From Chrysemys picta bellii (taxonomy: Eukaryota): a DNA stretch of 64,000 nucleotides. The notes under the pieces were generated by a model. The model was not told the DNA's origin, ran no database searches, and saw nothing but the letters and a program-made list of their open reading frames with translations. Made by a program: the position numbers and the translations under genes. The stretch spans positions 6,696,001-6,760,000 of the forward strand of contig NC_088809.1 of assembly GCF_011386835.1 (NCBI RefSeq). The letters run 5' to 3'. Of this stretch, positions 52,566 to 62,550 are shown in pieces (positions within the stretch are counted from its first letter, which is position 1; every line of letters starts with the position of its first letter).

Positions 52566-53483
52566 ACTCCTAACTAACTTAGGCACATTTAGAGAAAGTT
52601 AAATCTGATAACTAGATTAGTATAGCCTTGGGTCATGTGCTTCTTTGACTGCACAAGGTTTTTACTTCCTTCTTTTGCTTCTCCGTCTGTGGCTTGTAGC
52701 TAATATAGTTCTCTTATCTGGCTGCTGAACAATATCCTGAGATGTTAAAGCCTGATAAGCATCTTGGATTCAAATTCCTGCTGAGGGACACACATTTATG
52801 GCTAGAACATTTTCAGTTAACTGAAAAACTAGGAAGTAGAAATTCTTCAGCGGGAAGGGGTGGGGGAGGAGCAAAACCTGTTTTGAAAGAGTCCCAGCAA
52901 AAATGTTGGAAAGAGATTATACACCCGACTTTTGTCTTCCTATCCAAAGAGGAAGGCTTTAATCCACATTAATTAAAACAAAAATTGGGTAAATAGGCTC
53001 CTTATTTTTACTACCCCCTTTGCCGAACGTTCCTTCTTTGCAGGCCTGCTGGATCTAGATTGAAATGCTGAATAGATGTGTATTCTTATGTCAAAACCGT
53101 GCTGGAGGTCATGGCAAGCAGGAATGGTATGTTCTTCCTTTATAAGACCAAGCCTGCTCTTTGTCTTTCATAATTTGGGACAGGATATTTGCTGTCCACA
53201 GTTTAAAACATATTTTTAATAGAATGAGGGGATGGTTGGGAAAAATAGTTATTGTATGTTGGGGCTGTGGAATTTCATAGCAAGAAAGGTCTTGGGACTC
53301 AAGCATAGAATGGTGAGTCAGACCTGGGTTCTGTTCCTATTTCTGCCACTGTCTTCCTGTGTTTTCTTGGGCAAATCACTTAACCTCTCAGTGCTTCACT
53401 TTCCCTATCTGTAAAATAAGCATAAACAACTGGAGGGATAACACTGGGTGATGTGAGGTGCAATAGAGGCACAAAGTATTATC

Positions 53484-54676
53484 AAAACAGGAGTACTTGT
53501 GGCACCTTAGAGACTAACAAATTTATTAGAGCATAAGCTTTCGTGGGCTACTGCCCACTTCTTCGGATGCATATAGAGTGGAACATATATTGAGGAGATA
53601 TATATACACACATACAGAGAGCATGAACAGGTGGGAGTTGTCTTACCAACTCTGAGAGGCCAATTAAGTAAGAGGAAAAAATGTTTTTTTGAAGTGATAA
53701 TCAAGCTAGCCCAGTACAGACAGTTTGATAAGAAGTGTGAGAATACTTACAAGGGGAGATAGATTCAATGTTTGTAATGTGCGTAGAGACTGTCCGGTTT
53801 GGCCAATGTACATGGCAGAGGGGCATTGCTGGTATTAGTGAAGTAGTAGAGAGAGCTTACAGACAACCCCCCAGCCTAAAGCAAATACTCACCAGCAACC
53901 ACACATCACTGAACAAAAACACTGACCCAGGAACCTATCCTTGTAACAAAGCCCGATGCCAACTCTGTCCACATATCTATTCAAGTGACATCATCATAGG
54001 ACCTAATCACATCAGCCATACCATCAGGGGCTCGTTCACCTGCACATCTACCAATGTGATATATGCCATCATGTGCCAGCAATGCCCCTCTGCCATGTAC
54101 ATTGGCCAAACCGGACAGTCTCTACGCAAAAGAATTAATGGACACAAATCTGACATCAAGAATCATAATACTCAAAAACCAGTGGGAGAACACTTTAACC
54201 TGTCTGGCCATTCAATGACAGACCTGCGGGTGGCTATCTTACAACAGAAAAACTTCAAAAACAGACTCCAACGAGAGGCTGCTGAGCTGGAATTGATATG
54301 CAAACTAGATACAATCAACTCAGGATTGACCAGGAATGGCTGAGCCATTACAAACATTGAATCTATCTCCCCTTGTAAGTATTCTCACACTTCTTATCAA
54401 ACTGTCTGTACTGGGCTAGCTTGATTATCACTTCAAAAAAACATTTTTTCTCTTACTTAATTGGCCTTTCAGAGTTGGTAAGACAACTCCCATCTGTTCA
54501 TGCTCTCTGTATGTGTGTATATGTATCTCCTCAATATATGTTCCATTCTATATGCATCCGAAGAAGTGGGTTGTAGCCCACGAAAGCTTATGCTCTAATA
54601 AATTTGTTAGTCTCTAAGGTGCCACAAGTACTCCTTTCTTTTTGCGGGTACAGACTAACACGGCTGCTACTCTGAA
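53484..54676 (+). mobile_element. Penelope-like retroelement with inverted 5' pseudo-LTR and GIY-YIG endonuclease fragment
   Basis: 13-bp TSD ACAAAGTATTATC (53471-53483, 54677-54689); 53484-53779 is the reverse complement of the 3' pLTR; 53855-54343 encodes AYRQPPSLKQIL..CTSTNVIYAIMCQQCPSAMYIGQTGQSLRKRINGH..QREAAELELI (GIY-YIG). Confidence 0.93.
54554..54593 (+). ncRNA. Minimal type-I hammerhead-ribozyme-like motif in PLE pLTR
   Basis: GCAT-CCGAAGA-A-GTGGG-ttgtag-CCCAC-GAAA-GC-TT-ATGC; mirror copy at 53531-53570(-). The core has C at position 4 instead of U. Confidence 0.55.
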
Positions 54677-55744
54677 ACAAAGTATTATCTTACTCATGAC
54701 ATTGCAGTGCAGCATCTTCTCCCATAACTTCAGAAACCGTTTTTGCACATTTCTTTAAAATCACAGAGTGAAATTCTGCAGTCTTCAGACAGGCAAGTCT
54801 CCCGTTGGTGTCAGTGGAAGTTTTGCCTGAGTAAGGACTTGCAGAATTTGTCTTAGATATTTTACAAACTGCTTTTTGGTTTCAACACAAAAGCCAGGAT
54901 GCACGATATTCCCCCATAGGACAAATTCTGAGATGCCTTGTGCTAATGTATATGGACAAAACTGTGCATGACTTCCCCATAAAGTGGACCCCTCTCAGGA
55001 AGCCCGCCTAAGTGCGATTCTGTCCAGATCCCAGCAGATAGTATTACTGTCACTTATTATTTGCATTACAGCAGCACATAAAGGCCACAGCTGAGCCTGA
55101 GTAACATTATGCTTGACACTGTACAGATACAGAGTAGGAGATGATCTCTGCCCCGAGGCACTTCCGTATGAGGTGTGAGAAGCTAGTTGTGCAGGTGTCT
55201 GCACAGAGAGAAAAGGAGGTGTCTTCAGGGGGAAAGTGAGTATGCTTAGCTCCATTGCACACTTCCCACAAGCTTGACCCCAGTGACATGTGTACATGCT
55301 GTTCAAAACTCTCTAGTCCAAGCTCTTTCTTGGTGCCATTGGGAGTTTTGAGAGTATTGGGCCGTCCATGGTTGGGTGTCACAGTTTCAAAGTGAATGTT
55401 TCAATGTAAGACCAAGACTAAAGGGCTCCTTTTGAATTATTCAGCACTGGGTGGTTCAGTATTCGAACACCTAAGTGTATACTAGAATGTAGCACTTAAA
55501 AGTCATGTGACGTTATGGAGCTAAAGGGTTCGTTGTTGGAAAGTGACCTCTCGCACCCATAAATGTGCCACTTTACATTATCATTTGTCTACCTAAAAAA
55601 ATTATCATTTATTGGGACTGTTTTTTGTCTGCAAACTTCCTGCAAGCATTCCTGAGCTCTATTCTGTCAGTAATAAAAAGGCAGTAATTTCCCATCTCTT
55701 TATATCTGTTTACTGACAGTAAGAATGGTTAAAGTCACAAGATA

Positions 55745-55962
55745 ATCTTTCTGGTGTCATATATCTCCTTTCACACAGCAAGCCTCTGAGTGCGACCCCC
55801 TTGTACATTAAAAACACTTCTTTTTATATTTAAAACTATTATAAATGCTGGAGGTGAAGTGGGGTTTGGGGTGGAGGCTGACAGCTTGCGACCCCCTCCC
55901 CTCCCCATGTAATAACCTCTCGACCCCCTGAGGGGTCACAACCCCCAGTTTAAGGACCCCGG
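55745..55962. mobile_element. hAT MITE remnant
   Basis: gcaagcctctgagtgcgacccc...ctgaggggtcacaacccccagtttaaggacccc right end; left TIR degraded. Confidence 0.55.
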
Positions 55963-57356
55963 GTATAGTATATTCCTGCAACACAAAATATGGCATTTAA
56001 AACAAAGCAAAAAGCAGCTTGACTGATGGCTGGGCAAATGGCCTGTTAGAAATCGATTCAATCTCATATCCATGTGCATATTTTAAAAAAGATTGAAAGC
56101 TGCAAATTATGCACATAGCTCGTCCAAGTAACCCTGTGTTCCTAGAACCACTAACCCTGGTCTTTCACCTCCTGCCAATGACTTCTATTATAGGTTATAC
56201 CCACCTGTTATCTCGTGTTTCAAATTAGACTGCAAATTCTTTGGGGTGGGGACTCACTTTTTTTTTTTTTTTTGGCAGGGGGGGTGCGGGTTTTTTTGTG
56301 CACCCAGCACAATGATGGTTCTGTCTGACTGGGGCCTCTGAGTGCTGCTGTAATATAAATAAATTCTTAGATTTAGAAGAGAGCTAAAGAGAGAGAGGCC
56401 TGGTCCAAAAGCCTGACTTGTATTCTTTCTTGTCTTGCCACAGCGAAGTTGGGAAAATAAATATATAAGCAAACTCTTTCCCATTTTAAAAATTCAATTA
56501 ATATTTTTAAGTTAGGTTTTCAAGTGGATCATTAGCCTAACGGACCTCAAGAGAATTTTCCCCTTTATATAACGCTAATAAAAGACTGTGTTGTGTAATG
56601 GTTATCATGTGGGGGCTGAGTGTCATGCCTTCTGGGTTCTACTCCCTGTTTGAAAATTGACTGGGTGTGAGACAACTAGGGCCTGATTTTTCAGAGGTGC
56701 AGACAACCCACAACTCCAGTTGAACACCAAGGGATCTGCAGGTGCTCAGCACGTCTGAAATCAGACCCTAGTTGTTTCAGGCTGGCACTCAAGAACTGGG
56801 GCACCCAACATTAGTGGACATTTTTAAAAATGTGCACCTCCATTTTTCTGTCTCTCACTTTATCTGTAAAATGAGTACACTAATACTTCCCTGCCCCACA
56901 GAGGTAACGGGAAGCTTAATTAATGTTTATAAAGCACTATGATATCATGGGGGGAAAGGTGATACAGAAAAGCAAAATATTGTTATTACTTGGCATTTGT
57001 TTTCACACTATAATATAATATCACCTAGCTCTTGTATAGTGCTCTTCATCAGTTGGTGTCAAACAGGTAGATATAAATCAGTTATTTCCTGGTAACACCA
57101 GGTACACATCTGAACCCATTGAACTTTTGGCCAAGGGAAGATGAAAGGAAGGATGCTCTAATGGTTAGGACACTAGCCTGGGACTTCAGTGACCTAGGTT
57201 CACTTCCCTGCTGTGCTACAGACTTCCTGTATGACCTTAAGTAAGTCACTTAGTCTTTCTGTGCCTTAGTTACTCATCTGTAAAATGAGGACAGTAGCAC
57301 TTCCCTACTTCTCAGTGGTGTTGTGAGGCTAAATAAAGATCACCAGGTGCTCTGGT

Positions 57357-57980
57357 AATCATAGAACTGGAAGGGACCTCGAGGTCATCTAGTCCAGTCT
57401 CCTGCACTCATGGCAGGACTAAGTATTATCTAGACCATCCCTGACAGGTGTTTGTCTAACCTGCTCTTAAAAATCCCCAATGATGGAGATTCCACAACCT
57501 CCCTTGGCAATTTATTCCAGTGCTTAACCACCCTGACAGTTAGAAAGTTTTCCTAATGTCCAACCTAAACCACCCTTGCTGCAATTTAAGCCCATTGCTT
57601 CTAGTCCTATCCTCAGTGGTTAAGAAGAACAATTTTTCTCCCTCCTTATAACAACCTTTTATGTACTTGAAAACTGTTACCATGTACCCTCTCAGTCTTC
57701 TCTTTTCCAGACTAAACAAACCCAATTTTTTCAATCTTCCTTCATAGGTCATGTTTTCTAGAACTTTAATCATTTTTGTTGCTCTTCTCTGGACTTTCTC
57801 CAATTTGTCCACATCTTTCCTGAAATATGGCACCCAGAACTGGACACAATACTCCAGTTAAGGCCTAATCAGCGCTGAGCAGAGCGGAAGAATTACTTCT
57901 TGCGTCTTGCTTATAAAACTCCTGGTAATACATCCCAGAATGATGTTTGCTTTTTTGGCAACAGTGTTATACTGTTGACT
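57357..57980 (-). mobile_element. CR1 LINE 3' end (ORF2 C-terminus plus 3' UTR)
   Basis: ORF 57540..57833: DVDKLEKVQRRATKMIK..RLKKLGLFSLEKRRLRG..RTRSNGLKLQQG.FRLDIRK. Confidence 0.92.
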
Positions 57981-58740
57981 CATGGGAGGGGGGGGGTGAG
58001 GGGGAGTCCGGGACATGATAGATGTTCAGCTCTGGCAGAGTATTTCAAAGTACTTCTGGCAGAGTAGGTGGTCTCCAGTCTAGCATAGCTTTCATCCTCA
58101 GCTTTAAACTGTTCCTTATATATATTTTTGAAAGTTCAAAACTCCCTTGCAAAAAGCTGAAAAGATAAAAGTCTGGCTTCCTCTACATAAATGCATAATT
58201 AATCAGCACTCTCTACTACTTCACTAATGCCTTCTTTAATCTAGTAATATTGGATGGATTTTTTAAATTTTATTTTATTTGGTAAATCCATTAGAGAATT
58301 AAGAAGATCCCTGAGCTTTTCACAAACAAGCTATTTATGCTCTGTTTGATATTACTCTTTAATTAGGCTACCACTTCACATGCTATTTCACCCCAGAACA
58401 CTAGATTCCCAAGAGACTTAAGGTAACATTTTCAAAAGTGTCTGCTTCACTTTGGAGCCTCAGTTCCATTGAACTTAGGTGCTTTTGAAAAATTTACCCT
58501 TAATAACTTTACTGCTGCTGATCCCACTATTCTCCCGTTTTGTCTGACCTGTATGTCAGTGGATCTAGCTAGATGCTGACAGGAACTGCTGCCCCCAGCG
58601 GTACTGCCAGGGAGGTAGTGGTAGTAGCAGAGATAGTAAAAGAGTACTCAGCAAAACAACAGGCCAACTGCATGGATGATGAAGTAGTAAGAGGACAAAC
58701 AAAGAGGGTATAGAAAAGCATTAACACACAACTTTTTGTT

Positions 58741-58984
58741 GATCACACTTTGCATTGAGTATGTTTATAAAGGGTTAATATATCAGGAATATATTTTTAA
58801 TAAAGGGTTGATCAACTGTTGTAGAGTCAAACAGGTCGATAGTTTGCCTATAACCATTCATAACACCTTGGCTGATGTTCTTATAACCCTCTATAATACA
58901 CACTATTTACATTTGTAACATGCTTACAACACCTGTTAAGCCTTTATCAACTTTATAAAGGCATCCTTAATATAAAGTGGGATT
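58741..58984. repeat. Old AT-rich element with degenerate terminal inverted repeats (MER131/Eulor-like)
   Basis: 5' gatcacactttgcattgagtatgtttataaag versus reverse complement of 3' end aatcccactttatattaaggatgcctttataaag; internal ataaagggtt / ataaccct repeats. Confidence 0.45.
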
Positions 58985-61587
58985 ATTTTGGTTTCCTTTT
59001 CATGTCCATCCAGCATTTTCATATGGATTTCTTACTTTGGGTTTCCGGTTAGCTGAATGTTGTAAAATGCTGGCAGAACTATTATGTGATTCACAGATTC
59101 ATAGATTTTTAAGGACAGAGGAGACAATTTTGATAATCTAGTCCCTGACGTCCCATATAACACAGTCCGTAGAAATTCACCCATGCTAATAATTCCTGCA
59201 TCAAGTCCAAAACTGCTGTTTGAGTTACAGTGTACCGATATTACATTTAACTGTAATAAGATGCTTATTTTTAATAAAAATGAATCCTATGATTATAGAA
59301 TAATGATGCAAACTCATGACTTGGTGCATCATCAGCTGATTTAAAATTATTCTGTAATTATTCTGTTCTAGAACGTTTGGTCAATTTGCTCACAGGAAAC
59401 TTGCACCACTGGGTCCTCATTTTGGACAGCCAAATAACAGCATAAATATTTCAGCAGGTCTCTGTCCAGAAGATTTTCTTGTGATAAAAAGAAAGGCTGT
59501 ATATAAAAAAGAAACAGTTTTATGGACCAAAAGCAGCTGTTTGGGTGTAGAAAAGGTACTTGTATGCCAGTGCAAATTTACATATTGACTTACTGATGGC
59601 AATGGCTGATATGATGTTAAAAAAAAAGAAAAGAAATCCATCAGACTCAGCAAAAACTTTCTAAGGGGGGATTATGTGAATATTTGCCCTTTTGTGGTAC
59701 TCCCAGAGAACTCTGAAACTGTCCCAATTTCTTCGTTTTCCCCACTCACCATGTATATAGCTGTAGAACATTCTTTGTGACAACAGCGACCTCTACTGTT
59801 TAACATGCCTTTTTATAATGTACGTTCCAACACCAGCCTTTTTCCAACTAGGCTGAAGCACTTTAAACCTGGTTCTTGAAACTCATATAGCTTTTTAAAA
59901 AAAATAGATCACAAAGTCTCCATTAATTATACTGGTACCACATGGAATATCCCACAATGAATATATACAAATACAGATGCTTGTCATTTGCCTCCTACAA
60001 ACTTGTATCAGGACTAGATAAATACAGACGATGGGATTTCAAAAGCACCTACCGTAAGTAGCTTACGTGCTTAACTGCCATTGATTTCATTAAGAGTTAG
60101 GTGCCTAACCTGCTTGGGTGCTTTTGAAAATCGTACGAATAGACCCTCTTATTCGATTTAACGTCAAAAAGAAAACAGTAGGAGCTGCTCATGATTTACG
60201 CCATTGTAAGAGAGAGAAGACTCAGGCCCTTATAGTTAGCGATTGGTCATGAAGCATTTTTGAATGTCCTCCCTGCAAATGATATTTCTGCAAATATAGG
60301 TTTCAGTTCTGTAATCAGCTCTGTGTGGGCAGACCCTTCCACCTGCATGGAGCCCCTCTGGGACATTGCAAAGGGATTTGATTGCAGGCTTGGGGATCTA
60401 TTGTCTTACCATGTCTGTACTGTGCTTAGAAAAATTGAACTGCTACTGTTCAGACCAGTTGCAACTGTGAGAACAACAGGCATTCAGCTACTAGATTGTT
60501 GGTTCTGTCTATCAAATTGCTGTTAGAGATTCTGATGTATTCCCTATGTAATGTGTTAGGCACACATGAACTATATATATTTTTGTGCATAAAACAATTT
60601 TTAATTTTGCCTCAGGGGACGTTGTGTTGTATGGAAGCTTTAATGGTTAGTAGCATTTCTGGTAAGTGTAACCCCGTGAGAATCCTTCTGAGATGAAATT
60701 ACAGCTCACAACTCTGTGTGAGAGGCTGGATTAAGAAATTATCAGCCCTGACTCTCATCAGGTCTAGAGAAAACTGAAATCAGCCATTTTCTGCCTAAGA
60801 ACAGAATACTAAAGGTCTGTAAACAGCCGGGATATGAGAGGCTTTAAGATTCGCTCTGAAATGAAAGCTGAGCAATAAATTGGCATCTTTTTCTACAAAG
60901 AAATTGAATTAAAGACCAGGGCCCTGAGCCAGCAAAAGCATGTAAGCACATGCTTAACTTTAAACACATGAGAATTCCACTGGAATCAATGGGACTACTC
61001 ACAAGTTAACTTCAAGCATGTTTTTAAGTGCTCTGCTTGATTGGGGCTTAAGACAGTGAAGCTAAAATGTTGTTTTCCACATTTAATTTCTACCCAATGA
61101 CATGCTCCGCTAAATATTACCATATCTATCTCTGTCTAATCTATCTATGAATTAGGGCCTGAATTCACATTAGGTTGTGTGTTTTTTTTGGATACCGTCA
61201 GAGATTATAATTACTAATCTGTTCATATCATGCCACTGTAAGCAGTGAATATTTACTGCTTGATAAAGGTTGCTGTAGGCAGAGGAAGGTTGCCATAGGC
61301 AGATGAATGATACTTTATTGAATATGTTTGCCACCTTTGATTATCCTAGCAACCTGAGAGGGTTTAGTCATGCCCCTGAATTGATAACCAAAGTGCTTAA
61401 ATGCACTAAGGGTTGAAGTTTAATCCATTATTAGGATGATATCGTGGCAACAGAAACTCCAACAAAAAGATAATTTTTTTGAACTGCAGAGCAAGGGGGC
61501 AGTAATACATCTTGTACTGTTCGCTCTCACGGGATATAGGATATGCAAAGCAGTGTTTTTTAGCCGTTTAAAATTGGATTTTCCACC

Positions 61588-62550
61588 ATGAACAGATACC
61601 TGAACTGTTCTGTCAACAGCACTGAAATCTGGAGCTCACATCTAGTCCTTGCACTGGGTATCCCTCAACTGATCATTAATGTAATATCTGTGATCTTCAA
61701 CTGTGCGGTCATCATTACTATATTGTCTACAAAGGATCTGCATAAACCCATCTTTATTCTTTTCTGCAATTTGGCTTTTTCTGATCTTCTCACCAGCTCT
61801 TCAGGCTTTTGGATTTCAATGCTGTTCATCACTAACCCAGAAAGCACAATCTTTGGATCCAAGGATCTCCTCATAGCTTATGCCTTTTATACTATGTCTA
61901 TTCTGTCCACCATCTATAACTTAGTCAGCATTGGAATTGAGCGCTACTTGGCTGTGGCAGAAAGCCTCAGGATGAGATGCAGGGTTTCCCGAAACCAGTC
62001 GCTGGCTGCATCTCTAATTAACTGGGCACTTGCCTTCTTTTTGAGTTGCATACCTCTAGTGGGGTGGAACTGCTTGAATAACAAAGAAAACATGTCTGCT
62101 CTCTACAGCCCCTTTTGTGTTGACTACCTCATCTTAATCACCATCCCCAACTGTGTGGTGGCCTTTATCTTGCCTCTGTTCACGTACCTTAGCATCATTG
62201 CCATATTGAGGAAACAGAAGTTCACAATGGGAGCGTGTGGACAAGCCAATGGCATCTACAAATCAGCTGAAGTCCAGGTTTCCAGAACTAGTGTCTTTAT
62301 CTGGCTTCTGGCACTGGTTTCCTATGCACCTTTTGTTGTAGGAGTCGTGTTAGATGCAGCCAACCGTCTGTGCCCCACTGACCTGTATCCAAATGTCTAT
62401 GTGTTTCGAAACTGTACTGCTATGATGATCACCATGAACTCTTTGGGGAACCCCATCATCTACACACTCCAAGTTAAAACATTGGGAAGTAAACTCAAGT
62501 TTTTGAAGTGCCCTGCCAGCAACCGGGTGCAAGTCATTGGGAATATCTGA
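61588..62550 (+). CDS. Intronless class A GPCR, EDG (LPAR1-3/S1PR)/GPR3-6-12-like, probable orphan, 320 aa
   Basis: Kozak ccaccATG; seven hydrophobic segments; N1.50, LAFSD (D2.50), ERY, W4.50, GWNC, P6.50, NPIIY; N-terminal sequons NCS and NST; no Cys at the top of TM3, as in lipid-receptor/MECA GPCRs. Confidence 0.93.
   Translation: MNRYLNCSVNSTEIWSSHLVLALGIPQLIINVISVIFNCAVIITILSTKDLHKPIFILFCNLAFSDLLTSSSGFWISMLFITNPESTIFGSKDLLIAYAFYTMSILSTIYNLVSIGIERYLAVAESLRMRCRVSRNQSLAASLINWALAFFLSCIPLVGWNCLNNKENMSALYSPFCVDYLILITIPNCVVAFILPLFTYLSIIAILRKQKFTMGACGQANGIYKSAEVQVSRTSVFIWLLALVSYAPFVVGVVLDAANRLCPTDLYPNVYVFRNCTAMMITMNSLGNPIIYTLQVKTLGSKLKFLKCPASNRVQVIGNI

Noticed and set aside
52066-52586. Six overlapping 127-156 aa ORFs
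   Set aside because: They arise from stop-poor GC tandem repeats inside a MITE.
53768-54343. 191-aa ORF as a host gene
   Set aside because: Chimeric: the first ~29 codons come from inverted PLE pieces and filler; the rest is a PLE GIY-YIG fragment.
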